A DNA stretch of 64,000 nucleotides, from positions 32,001 through 96,000 of IMG/VR virus record IMGVR_UViG_3300018080_008188. One strand, 5' to 3'. The position numbers and the translations under genes are program-made. Within the stretch, counting starts at the first letter, position 1, and each line of letters starts with the position of its first letter. Origin of the DNA: a virus. Below the pieces are notes generated by a model, which saw nothing but the letters and a program-made list of their open reading frames with translations, did no database searches and was not told the DNA's origin. This document shows, piece by piece, positions 8,751 to 17,610 of the stretch.

Positions 8751-10737
8751 CGCTGATGAAGCGTGCCCCAGCTCCATGACTTTCATAAGGATGTTCGGAT
8801 CTTGGAAAGAAGCCCTGAAGGCTGCAGGTCTTGAGGAAGGCAAAAAGACCGGACGGCCGCCGCGCGAAAAGCCGAACCTTATGCCGAGGAAAAAGCCGTG
8901 GCCGGACGACGATCCGCTCAGGTTTCCTGAAACGGACGCGATTTCGAACGATCCGAAGTCCATAATGATAGACGAGCACCTGGTGTGGAAAGGCAACAGG
9001 CTGGATCCCGCATTCCTGCGGTCCGTGAACGAGGATGCCAGGGACGAGATTGCCAAAGACGTGTTCAACTTCGTTCTGAAGTGCGACATTATGTCGTGCG
9101 GATACGACGAGGGCAAAGTGCGGCGCGACTTTGAGAATCTCAAAAACTCGCGCAAGGCGATTTTGGAATCCGGCGGAACCCTTTCCGTTTCGAGCGCCGG
9201 AGCTTCCGGTCACAGGGTGTACAGGCATTTTTTTCCAAACATACTGAAGATCAGCAGCGGAAGCAGGCCTTCGGTGTTCGAAGTCCTGTCCGACAGGAAG
9301 AAATTGTGGTCGGTGATCAGGAACAGGATCGGCAACACTTTGCTGTATTCCGACAGCGGCGGTCCTCCCCTGCAGTACCCCATGCCGATCACGATGTCCC
9401 AGCTTGCCATAGGTGCCAAGAATTCTGGTTTAGCTTCCATGGGCAGCATATTCAAGCCGGATGTTGCCAGGGCGGTTTACAGGCGGTGGGTGAAGGATGG
9501 AGACAGGGTTCTTGACTATTCGTGCGGATTCGGCACAAGGCTTCTCGGGCTGATGGCCAGCGGCGTCAGGGCGTCCTATCTCGGATACGAGCCCAACACC
9601 GAAACGCACGCCGGAATCGTCCGCATGGCGTCTTTCTTTGGATTCGGCGACCTGGACGTCAGGTGTAGCGGGTCTGAGGACGGCGAGGAGTTCTCCGACG
9701 TGTCGTTCGCATTCTCCAGCCCCCCGTACTTTTCGCACGAGAGATATTGCGACGAACCGACCCAGTGCTACATACGCTATCCAGAATATGCGGAATGGCT
9801 TGAAATGTACTGGAGGCGGACTGTGTCAAGGGTGCGCAGAATGCTGTCCCCGGACGGCGTTTTTGGAGTGAACATCGGGAACAAAGCCAATGCGGCGATG
9901 CGTTCCATGGAAGAGGACGTCAGGCGCGTGGTGGAAAGCGAAGGTTTCGAGCCCGTCGAAACGGTGTGGATGTCGACTTCCAGGTCGCATTTGACGGGAA
10001 AAAAGGGCACCGGCAGGAACACCAAGGCCGAAGGCATGTTTTTCTACCGCAAGGCGCCAATGGTGCGCAAAACAGTCGGAAGCTCCGAAAAGAAACCGTC
10101 AGGAGCCAAAATCGTATGCGGCGACATGACAAAAGAGGTCCCTAAGCTCGAGAGTCCGTCCGACCTGGCCATAATGAGCCCCCCGGATGTTTCCGAAATG
10201 GGGGACGATTTCGGCGAATATGAAAGGTTCCTGACCAAAGCGTACGCCGCCGCGGCGGACAATGTCCGCCCGGGCGGCGTGGTTGCTTCGTCGACGACGG
10301 ACCGAAGGTCGTCGGGCAGGGTGTATCCGAAGCATTCAAGGATAGCGGATATCATGTTTTCCTTGGGTTTTGTGCTGGAGGACCACAAGATATGGGCGAA
10401 AACCCTGAAAGCCAATCTTTACATACCCACCTTCGCGCATGTCATGGTGTTCAGGAAGCCTGGCACACCGCGCGTGAAGAACAAGGTGTCCGAATTTCTT
10501 CCGGACGTATGGCACATTCCTGTCGACAAGGCGCCGGGAAGCCCAAAGCACGATTCCTTTCCGACCGAGCTTGTCAGAAGGCTGGTGGACAGGTATTCCA
10601 ACCCGGGCGACATGGTTCTTGATCCGTTCTCCGGGTCGGGAAAAACCGCCTCCGTATGTATGGGCTTGGGAAGAAAATGCATCTGCATTGACATCAGCCC
10701 CTCTTCTGTATCCGCTTCCAAATCCCTCATTCCGTAG
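8653..10737 (+). CDS. Fusion: homing-endonuclease-associated repeat plus two amino-type (N4C/N6A) DNA methyltransferase domains
   Basis: N-terminal FGSWKEALKAAGL repeat; domain 1 LDYSCGFGTRLLG then FSSPPYF; domain 2 IMSPPD...FPTELV...LDPFSGSGKT (beta-class order). Confidence 0.8.
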   Translation: MARKMIDRKSALASLVDLSDRLGRSSIGKRDADADEACPSSMTFIRMFGSWKEALKAAGLEEGKKTGRPPREKPNLMPRKKPWPDDDPLRFPETDAISNDPKSIMIDEHLVWKGNRLDPAFLRSVNEDARDEIAKDVFNFVLKCDIMSCGYDEGKVRRDFENLKNSRKAILESGGTLSVSSAGASGHRVYRHFFPNILKISSGSRPSVFEVLSDRKKLWSVIRNRIGNTLLYSDSGGPPLQYPMPITMSQLAIGAKNSGLASMGSIFKPDVARAVYRRWVKDGDRVLDYSCGFGTRLLGLMASGVRASYLGYEPNTETHAGIVRMASFFGFGDLDVRCSGSEDGEEFSDVSFAFSSPPYFSHERYCDEPTQCYIRYPEYAEWLEMYWRRTVSRVRRMLSPDGVFGVNIGNKANAAMRSMEEDVRRVVESEGFEPVETVWMSTSRSHLTGKKGTGRNTKAEGMFFYRKAPMVRKTVGSSEKKPSGAKIVCGDMTKEVPKLESPSDLAIMSPPDVSEMGDDFGEYERFLTKAYAAAADNVRPGGVVASSTTDRRSSGRVYPKHSRIADIMFSLGFVLEDHKIWAKTLKANLYIPTFAHVMVFRKPGTPRVKNKVSEFLPDVWHIPVDKAPGSPKHDSFPTELVRRLVDRYSNPGDMVLDPFSGSGKTASVCMGLGRKCICIDISPSSVSASKSLIP

Positions 10738-10788
10738 TTCCGCCTTTTCGCACTTTTTACACCCCCTTCGCGCCAATATAGAAAAAAT

Positions 10789-10807
10789 CTATCAATAATA
10801 GCGTATT
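10789..10807 (+). promoter_or_regulatory. Putative phage late promoter motif
   Basis: CTATCAATAA-TAGC-GTATT in intergenic gap upstream of 10845. Confidence 0.65.
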
Positions 10808-10844
10808 ATGTTGTCGGGCGCATTTTGCGCCGAGGTGGCATTTT

Positions 10845-11147
10845 ATGAGCAGATTCAACTATTTTGAAAACATCAGCGTTGACGGGTACTCGTTTCCGAC
10901 TGTGCCGCAAGCCCAGTTCAACTTCATCGCGCAGGGAATATCTTTCCTGAACCGCGGTTCGAAAATCCTCCAGTATTCGTTCGACGGCACAAATGTCCAT
11001 GGCGACCTGGACCCGTCGGATGCCTCTGCTGGCCTCACATTCGACAGCCGGAACGAGCACCGGGTGTGGTTCAAGGGGGACGACGGGTACGGCACTGTGC
11101 GTGTTGAGGCATGGGGCGGCTGGGGCAAGAAGCTGACCAACCGATGA
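10845..11147 (+). CDS. Small beta-rich hypothetical virion protein
   Basis: 100 aa, GAGGT RBS, two DGY motifs, ends ...VRVEAW. Confidence 0.7.
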   Translation: MSRFNYFENISVDGYSFPTVPQAQFNFIAQGISFLNRGSKILQYSFDGTNVHGDLDPSDASAGLTFDSRNEHRVWFKGDDGYGTVRVEAWGGWGKKLTNR

Positions 11148-11479
11148 GCTTCATACGCAGAGCCGATGGCGTGACGGTCTATGGAGGACCGCATGTCGGA
11201 AGCAGAGGACCACTAGGCTCCATAAAATTCGGCGGAGCGCCGAACATGCTTTCCGAGGAGGATCGCGAGTGGGAACGCTTGGTCGTCGAAGCCATGGTTC
11301 CAATCGGAGAGTCGTTCGGAGGGCGCTGGCGCGAGGACGCCGGGCTGTACGACGACGGTTTTGAATGGGACCACGATCCACAGCTTGCAATGGTTTCGAA
11401 CTTATGGGGCGCCTACAGGCGCCCGGAGAACGACTTTTTCGAGCCCGAAGGGGGCTCCTTGTTCAGGAGAGCAGGGTAG
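11144..11479 (+). CDS. Hypothetical protein
   Basis: Start at ATGA overlap 11144 preferred over 11111; 111 aa. Confidence 0.6.
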   Translation: MSFIRRADGVTVYGGPHVGSRGPLGSIKFGGAPNMLSEEDREWERLVVEAMVPIGESFGGRWREDAGLYDDGFEWDHDPQLAMVSNLWGAYRRPENDFFEPEGGSLFRRAG

Positions 11480-11482
11480 GCA

Positions 11483-11887
11483 ATGAGAGTCACGAACACC
11501 GGAAACAAGATCCGTAAGCCGCTCACGGAAAAGAACATCGTTGAAGCAATGATCACCAAGGACAAGGCGAAGGCGATCTATGACGCCGTGAGTGGCAGCA
11601 AAAAATTCCAGAAGGATGTAGATCAGATGAAAGGCGCGTTGGGACACATATTCGGCAGCGGCGGAACGCCGCATTCCGGAAAACCCAGACCAAGACCGAA
11701 TCCCGACCCGAAGGTGGACAAGGCGCTGGACGGATGGAATCCGCACAAGCCCATAACCGACGATGCGAGGAAGGCGCTGGACGGCATGTTCGGCGGCAAG
11801 CACAAAAGGCAAGATCCGACATTCAGGGGCGCATTCAAGCCTTCCAGGCGCGCCTCCGACACCCACCACCAGAAAGCGGCATCATGA
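11483..11887 (+). CDS. Hypothetical basic protein
   Basis: 134 aa, internal repeat KALDG; ATGA overlap with next gene. Confidence 0.6.
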   Translation: MRVTNTGNKIRKPLTEKNIVEAMITKDKAKAIYDAVSGSKKFQKDVDQMKGALGHIFGSGGTPHSGKPRPRPNPDPKVDKALDGWNPHKPITDDARKALDGMFGGKHKRQDPTFRGAFKPSRRASDTHHQKAAS

Positions 11888-12162
11888 CAGAACCGGCAAA
11901 AATCAGCGAAGAAAAGATCAGGCGCAACCTGCGCGTCCGAGCTATGAAGCTCGGCGCCACCAAGGAGCTTGACAAGCTGTTTGCCAAGTGGGACGCGTTT
12001 CTTGCCATGGTCGACGGACAGGAGCGCCTGGACGCGGCCAAAGAGGCGATCTTGGAGGTTCAACACCTCCTCAACATCAATCCCGCCGACCAAGGTCTTA
12101 TAATAGGCGATGAGCTTGTCGTCAAACCGCTAAGCTGGAGCGGGAAGGAGAAAGGAAGATGA
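11884..12162 (+). CDS. Hypothetical protein
   Basis: 92 aa from ATGA overlap, helical composition. Confidence 0.65.
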   Translation: MTEPAKISEEKIRRNLRVRAMKLGATKELDKLFAKWDAFLAMVDGQERLDAAKEAILEVQHLLNINPADQGLIIGDELVVKPLSWSGKEKGR

Positions 12163-12389
12163 AGGGAGACAAGAACGCAGTCATCCAGGTTGATGTATCC
12201 AACGGCTGGTACAGAATCGGAAACCGCCTGAATAGAGTCGAAGGAAAAATACCCGATGGTCACGAATGTAGAATCGAAGGATTCCGGGTCGTCAATGGCA
12301 AGATCACCAGAAAAGGAAAAATCTCTTTCAGGGAGACTGGAAGAAAGCCGTATTGTGCCGTGCTGGTTGGAAATTCTGTAAGCACATAA
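12159..12389 (+). CDS. Hypothetical protein
   Basis: 76 aa, ATGA overlap, purine-rich RBS. Confidence 0.55.
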   Translation: MKGDKNAVIQVDVSNGWYRIGNRLNRVEGKIPDGHECRIEGFRVVNGKITRKGKISFRETGRKPYCAVLVGNSVST

Positions 12390-12541
12390 GACGAAGTGGA
12401 AGCGCAAGTGCGATATGGACATCGGAACTATGATGTTCATTCTCAGGAAAGGAGCTGGCTGAAAAAGCCGGCTTTCAACATGGCTCGTCGGTGTAAATAT
12501 AAAACGCGGACGACGACAAAGAAGAGAGGAAAAGAATCAAG

Positions 12542-13048
12542 ATGGAACAAGAAAGATTCACTGGAAAAGTAGTTTGGTCAAGCTAGGCCCCATGTAGAGG
12601 AAACTCTTCATGCGTACCGGGTGAATTGCTGGAACCCTCAGCGCATAGCGGCGGTGGAAATCAGCAGCCAAGCCTGCGAAAGCCCATAGAAGTAGCAGGA
12701 AGGTTCAGAGACCAGAGGAGAGAGTAGGGCAATCAATAACCTCCTCCACGAGCGCCCGGCATCCCATGCGGATGATGATATGGTCCGACACTCCGGAAAA
12801 ATCCGGAGATCCGGTTTAAACGGCCGGAACAACTGATTGTTAGCGAGAAGCGCGGATACGGCTTCATCGGTCGCGACGACGACGGCAGCGAGCTGTTCGT
12901 ACACTACACGAACATTATCGACGATCCCGGAGCGTTCAGAAAGCTGGTTTCCGGACAGATTGTCAGCTTTGCGCTTGGCGAAAACAACAAGGGCTTACAA
13001 GCCGTGGAGGTCGAGATCATTGGCGAGCCGGAGATCGAGGCGCAATAG
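12542..13048 (+). CDS. csp: Cold-shock domain protein, spliced: join(12542..12578,12840..13048), 81 aa
   Basis: Spliced product MEQERFTGKVVWFSEKRGYGFIGRDDDGSELFVHYTNIIDDPGAFRKLVSGQIVSFALGENNKGLQAVEV... has RNP1 (RGYGFI) and RNP2 (LFVHY); GAGAGGA RBS upstream. Confidence 0.93.
12579..12839 (+). ncRNA. Group I self-splicing intron, 261 nt, no ORF
   Basis: Exon ends in U, intron ends in G; P AATTGCTGGAA, Q AATCAGCAG, R GTTCAGAGACCA (12703-12714), S GATATGGTCC; P3 CCGGGTG/CGCCCGG; P1 GGUC/GGCC with U.G at splice site; P10 GCUAG pairs with exon 2 UUAGC; P2, P8, P9 hairpins present. Confidence 0.93.
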
Positions 13049-13514
13049 TAGCGGCATCACGGAGCAGTACTGGGTCAGGAACATACATCCGCAGAGGATG
13101 CATGTTATGGTTGGGGACCTAGGATACAAGGTTCCATGGGGTCAGTCGCGCAACCTTCTAAGCCCGACTTCGGGCTTGGACCCGGCGCGCGTGAAAAAAT
13201 CCGCCAAAGGCGGATCTCTTCGCAAGCGCCTGGACCAGCGCATCTTGGTGGAGGTTTCCGGACCGCCGGACTTGCGCCCTCCCAGGCTGTCAGTGGCGCC
13301 TCCAGACAGCCTGTCGTTTCCGTACCGTTCAAAGTCCGGAATATCGGTGGACGAGGGCGATGTTGCGGAGGAGCTGCAGTCGTCCATCATAGCTGACGAC
13401 GACAATCTGATCCGCGAAATGGAGATAGACATGGACGGCGACGGCGACGGGGACAACGACATGACGGAGGGCGGAATCCCCATCATGGCTTCGGAAGAAA
13501 AGGGGAAAGGGTAG
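13020..13514 (+). CDS. Hypothetical protein with acidic C-terminus
   Basis: Frame of ORF 12837..13514; TTG at 13020 follows a GGAGG and avoids most overlap with csp exon 2; start uncertain. Confidence 0.55.
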   Translation: MASRRSRRNSSGITEQYWVRNIHPQRMHVMVGDLGYKVPWGQSRNLLSPTSGLDPARVKKSAKGGSLRKRLDQRILVEVSGPPDLRPPRLSVAPPDSLSFPYRSKSGISVDEGDVAEELQSSIIADDDNLIREMEIDMDGDGDGDNDMTEGGIPIMASEEKGKG

Positions 13515-13515
13515 C

Positions 13516-13842
13516 GTGCCACTCAGACCGAAAAAATCGTGCGAGGTTTGCGGGCTGAAAAAGCGAAGCATTCTGCACAGGCACCACATTATACCGCGGT
13601 GCGACCCGCGATGTACCAACTCCAACGGAAACATTGCCGTTTTGTGCCCCAACTGCCACGGGCTGGTTCATGCCGGGGAGATTGTAATCGTAGGCGTATA
13701 CACGTCCACCGCCGGAATCGTTCCCGTATGGTTCAGAAGCGGCGAAGAGCCGCCGTTTCCGAAAGAACTCTGGATAGTGAAGGACAATCCTCTGGTCAGG
13801 ACGATCGGCGGGGAAGAAGACGATCTGCCTGAAGAGGAATGA
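13516..13842 (+). CDS. HNH endonuclease
   Basis: CEVC...HRHHIIPR...NGNIAVLCPNCHGLVH. Confidence 0.85.
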   Translation: MPLRPKKSCEVCGLKKRSILHRHHIIPRCDPRCTNSNGNIAVLCPNCHGLVHAGEIVIVGVYTSTAGIVPVWFRSGEEPPFPKELWIVKDNPLVRTIGGEEDDLPEEE

Positions 13843-13846
13843 CGCC

Positions 13847-14377
13847 ATGGTTTTCCGCACGCCGGACGAGTTTCCGGGACCGTCTATAGATTCCGAATAC
13901 CGCATTACGGGACCGGACTATGACATCGACGAAGACGATTACGGCGTCCTAACTTTCGGCGCCGACGGCTATTTTGTTCTGGAAGACCTTTTTGGTCCGT
14001 TCAATCCAAGGTCGGGCGAGAGCGTCGACTATGTAACTGAAGAAGAACACAGGACGCTCAGGCAGCTGATCCATTTCATCGAAACCAACAGCCCCGGTCC
14101 CGGGTTTGGAGATGGCCCGTACGCATCTGAGGTCCTGCCTGCTGCTGACCCGTTTCCCACCAGCGAAACCTGGTTTAAAACAGCTGGAGACAGAACGGCT
14201 GGAACGGGCAAAATTTGCCGATGGGAAGCCACCTACAATGCGAACAAGACTTTTGCCACTGAGAAATGGATAGTATATAAGGCTGATGGTCTTAACCCTG
14301 CTGCTGATGCAACGGACACCATCAGCTATTCGGGAACCTTCGAAACCGGACGCAGCAGGGCATACACGGTGTACTGA
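13847..14377 (+). CDS. Hypothetical virion protein
   Basis: 176 aa, GAGGA RBS, acidic, contains DDYG and DGY. Confidence 0.65.
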   Translation: MVFRTPDEFPGPSIDSEYRITGPDYDIDEDDYGVLTFGADGYFVLEDLFGPFNPRSGESVDYVTEEEHRTLRQLIHFIETNSPGPGFGDGPYASEVLPAADPFPTSETWFKTAGDRTAGTGKICRWEATYNANKTFATEKWIVYKADGLNPAADATDTISYSGTFETGRSRAYTVY

Positions 14378-15504
14378 TGGCCAAATCTCCCATAGCGATC
14401 CTATATGATCATGTTAATTCGCGATTCCTGAAGTACATCCAGGACGGATATGAATCTTTGATGGGCGTCGCGTCCAAACTGCGGAATGCGGCTGGAACTA
14501 TTGTTAATCCGTCCACCGAGGATACGCTTGCCACACGCCTGTCACAAACCACCGGAGCTGCGATTCAGACGGTGCTTGAGGCAGTACGCGACACGGACGG
14601 AATCAAGAAAATCACTGATTCGCTGCCAGCCGGTGACAACAACATAGGGAATGTTGATGCAATACAGTCCGGCACATGGACTGTTCAGCAAGGCACACCG
14701 CCGTGGAAAATGGAGGGCAAGGATGCGGATGGCGCACCGCCGACGGAAAATCCCATTCTAGTGGCAGGACAGGACGGAACCAATGTTCAGTCTTTTAAAA
14801 CCAACGCTTCCGGACGTATTGAGAATGTGATCCATGATTCGTCCGGCAATGCCGTGGGCGTTGTTCTCGATGGTGCCGTTTACCGCCTGCAGGGCGATTC
14901 CAAAGTGGCCAAGGGCGATTTGGACTTGGTACATCTACAGGTTATCGATGTAGAATCCGGGCTGGGGCGGATGAAGACTACGATTTACACGCCGGACGGG
15001 GACCCAGTGGCGTTTGGAGCGGTTAGTTCATCAGTCAAAAACGATTTTGTAAAAACCGACGGTGGGTCCTCAAATCTGCTTGATACTTGGGCCGGGTCTC
15101 CTGTCACATACACATACGAAGCTGACGACGACTATGACATTTCTCTACAGGAAATCAGATTTACAATGGCGTCGAACAGCATAACCTTCGGGTCTGAATA
15201 CTTTGGAGCGGTTAGCGGACCGCTGACCAATGGACTGCTGATTGAAGCTGTGTCTAATGGAACGGCAGTAACAATATTCAACATTAAACAGAACGAAGAG
15301 TTTGTTCTGTTTGCTTCTCCTGGCGGCTGGGAATGGGTTGTGAGCAACAAAGACCTGATGACCAGCGCTTATCTGATAGGGGGCGGCTTGAAACTGTATG
15401 CCGGAACCGGCGACATGGTGAGGGTCACCGTGCGGGACGACATCGATTCTGCCGGCAATTATTTTCAATGTTTTGTGAAGGGCAACCTGCTGATGGAGGG
15501 TTAA
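14377..15504 (+). CDS. Putative virion fibre/structural protein
   Basis: 375 aa, stop/start overlap; DADGAPPTENPILVAG-type motif, beta-rich C-terminus. Confidence 0.55.
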   Translation: MAKSPIAILYDHVNSRFLKYIQDGYESLMGVASKLRNAAGTIVNPSTEDTLATRLSQTTGAAIQTVLEAVRDTDGIKKITDSLPAGDNNIGNVDAIQSGTWTVQQGTPPWKMEGKDADGAPPTENPILVAGQDGTNVQSFKTNASGRIENVIHDSSGNAVGVVLDGAVYRLQGDSKVAKGDLDLVHLQVIDVESGLGRMKTTIYTPDGDPVAFGAVSSSVKNDFVKTDGGSSNLLDTWAGSPVTYTYEADDDYDISLQEIRFTMASNSITFGSEYFGAVSGPLTNGLLIEAVSNGTAVTIFNIKQNEEFVLFASPGGWEWVVSNKDLMTSAYLIGGGLKLYAGTGDMVRVTVRDDIDSAGNYFQCFVKGNLLMEG

Positions 15505-15505
15505 A

Positions 15506-16354
15506 ATGCCAACCACTATTTCCATAGCTGGCGGTCAAACAGTCGGCGTAGATGCCGAGCTGAAAACTGGCATCATCAAAGCGTCGATTTCTGCGCTTAA
15601 GATTTCTGTCAGTGAATTCAAGTATGATATCGGTGGGCTAAGGGGAGTATACTCCGGAGCGACCGGCCAATCTGTAACCGACAACGACACCAGTTATGTA
15701 TATCTTGACAATAGTGCTTCGCTTCAAATAAACACGACAGGATTTCCGTCAGAATTACATATTCCTTTGGGCAGAGTGGTTGCTGTAAACGGAGAGGTTC
15801 TTGAGATTTATGACGAACGCGTATTGATGGCGAGCAGTGCGGCATTGCAAAGCACATGCCGTATCGGATATCCGGTAGATGGAGGAATCAGAGGAGGCGG
15901 GACTTCTGCCAGTTCAAACAACGACATGCCGGCCATTAAATACGACTACGACGCCTATGGGTGGAACCGCTGGGTTGGAAGACCGCCTCAGAACTATGTG
16001 TCTGGGGACCTGACAATGCGCTTATATGTTACGGTGCCCTCTTCGCCGTCAAATGGAACAGGAACCCGATGGACATTAGAGTGGGCTTTCCGAAGCGTCG
16101 ACGACGACCTGGGAGACTGGGATAATTCGGATACGGTAATATATTCATTTGATGGCAGCGATATCGCAGACGATTTATGGGTGATGGATTTTACGCTTCC
16201 ATCCGGCGCTTTCGACAAAGATGCCGACCTGATGTTTTTCAAGCTGACGCGAAAGGCCACCGATCCCGATGATGATTGCGGCAAGTATGTATATGTTCAT
16301 GCTCAAGAATTGAGGTATGTAGGATATACGCTGGCTGGACAGGCTGGTCAATAA
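15506..16354 (+). CDS. Putative virion fibre-associated protein
   Basis: 282 aa, GGAGG RBS; YVYLD...FP..HIPLG.V....G.V..I.DER motif followed by jelly-roll-like C-terminus. Confidence 0.55.
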   Translation: MPTTISIAGGQTVGVDAELKTGIIKASISALKISVSEFKYDIGGLRGVYSGATGQSVTDNDTSYVYLDNSASLQINTTGFPSELHIPLGRVVAVNGEVLEIYDERVLMASSAALQSTCRIGYPVDGGIRGGGTSASSNNDMPAIKYDYDAYGWNRWVGRPPQNYVSGDLTMRLYVTVPSSPSNGTGTRWTLEWAFRSVDDDLGDWDNSDTVIYSFDGSDIADDLWVMDFTLPSGAFDKDADLMFFKLTRKATDPDDDCGKYVYVHAQELRYVGYTLAGQAGQ

Positions 16355-16355
16355 C

Positions 16356-16541
16356 ATGGGAGCTGAAACGGCAACGCTCATAGATCAGCTGGCGGAGATT
16401 TTTCAACTCACATCTGTTAAATGTAACACTTGTGGTTTCGAATTCTACGGACCAGCAAAATGGGACGATAAGAATAAGACAACTGTACATTTGGGCAAAT
16501 GCCCAAAATGTGGTTCGAAAGACATTTCAATCAAGGAGTGA
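16356..16541 (+). CDS. Small zinc-ribbon protein
   Basis: CNTCG...CPKCG in 61 aa. Confidence 0.7.
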   Translation: MGAETATLIDQLAEIFQLTSVKCNTCGFEFYGPAKWDDKNKTTVHLGKCPKCGSKDISIKE

Positions 16542-16546
16542 AAAAA

Positions 16547-17437
16547 ATGAGTACACAAATCGATGTATTGAAGGCAAAAACCGAGCAAATTTCCATTCTA
16601 GGCGAAGAGCGAATTGCCATGGACCCGGAATTGCGTTCCAACGAAGGCATTGCTTTACATCAGCAAGTGCTTATTACGGTCATGAATGATACGGATAAGT
16701 ACGGCATGTATACGGTTCACATGGATTATCAAGATGGCACGGATAATGACGATGTTCGCATGACTTTGGCTGGTCGCCAGAGGCTTGACCAATCAGATTC
16801 TTTCGACGCTTATTTGGACAAGGATTGCGTTCAAACGGGACAAAGCAAAGCGCAACTTGATTCAAACAACCAGTACGGAGAAATTCTTACCGAAACTGAT
16901 TCCCAGCACGACAAGATCGTAATCTGTGCTCCTCATGGCGGCGCCATTGAATCAAACACTGATGAGCAAACTGAGTGGTGTTATAACAAGCTGGTCAATA
17001 CCTACAGCAAAGACGCCAGCAGATGGGAAGCGTGCGGTTGGCAGGACGAAGTTGGAGCATACGATGCCTGGCATATTACAAGCACCGACATTTCCCGCGA
17101 CAGTTTTAGCCTTTTGGATTCAATCGGCGATCGCGATTTCCAGTACGCAGTGGCATTCCACGGATTTTCACAAGACGGAATTCTCATCGGCGGAAATGCG
17201 CCGGCGGATTTGAAATGTACGATTCGGCAAGCTATAGAAACTGCTTGCGAGGGTAATGTTGAAGTTGCCATTACTACCGAAGGCGAATACTCCGGTACCG
17301 ATCCGGACAATTTTGTGAACTGGTTAACGGATGGCGGCAGCGGCGGTATTCAAATCGAGCAAAGCTATTATGCTCGGTCCAACTATGCCCAGGAGATCGC
17401 CGAAGCGGTAGCTGATGTGATGCAAAGTCTGATCTAG
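16547..17437 (+). CDS. Poly-gamma-glutamate hydrolase-like protein (PghP/YjqB family)
   Basis: APHGGAIE, HITST, FHG, NFVN, GIQIEQ match zinc-peptidase motifs of the phage PghP family; AAGGAG RBS supports start 16547. Confidence 0.8.
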   Translation: MSTQIDVLKAKTEQISILGEERIAMDPELRSNEGIALHQQVLITVMNDTDKYGMYTVHMDYQDGTDNDDVRMTLAGRQRLDQSDSFDAYLDKDCVQTGQSKAQLDSNNQYGEILTETDSQHDKIVICAPHGGAIESNTDEQTEWCYNKLVNTYSKDASRWEACGWQDEVGAYDAWHITSTDISRDSFSLLDSIGDRDFQYAVAFHGFSQDGILIGGNAPADLKCTIRQAIETACEGNVEVAITTEGEYSGTDPDNFVNWLTDGGSGGIQIEQSYYARSNYAQEIAEAVADVMQSLI

Positions 17438-17610
17438 CAGAACTAGTGGTCGCTAGCCGGTAACGACAGGCAGAGAATAGGGCTAACCAAACCTGTGACC
17501 ATAAATTTGCGCAGAAAGCAGAACTTGTTTTCGGGTGTATTTAAAAATGGTTGAGACCGCTTGCCAGGAAATACAGATATGAGGATCGAATTTGAGGAAA
17601 CAGTTGTCTG

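Noticed and set aside
12380-12541. Possible frameshifted extension of 12159..12389 (HKTKWKRKCDMDIGTMMFILRKGAG)
   Set aside because: No motif or slippery site supports joining; cannot be judged without homologues
12837-13019. N-terminal part of ORF 12837..13514
   Set aside because: Overlaps intron end and csp exon 2 in another frame; low-complexity shadow translation
17438-17610. AT-rich gap as small gene or structured RNA
   Set aside because: Only short stop-interrupted frames and no convincing stem-loops
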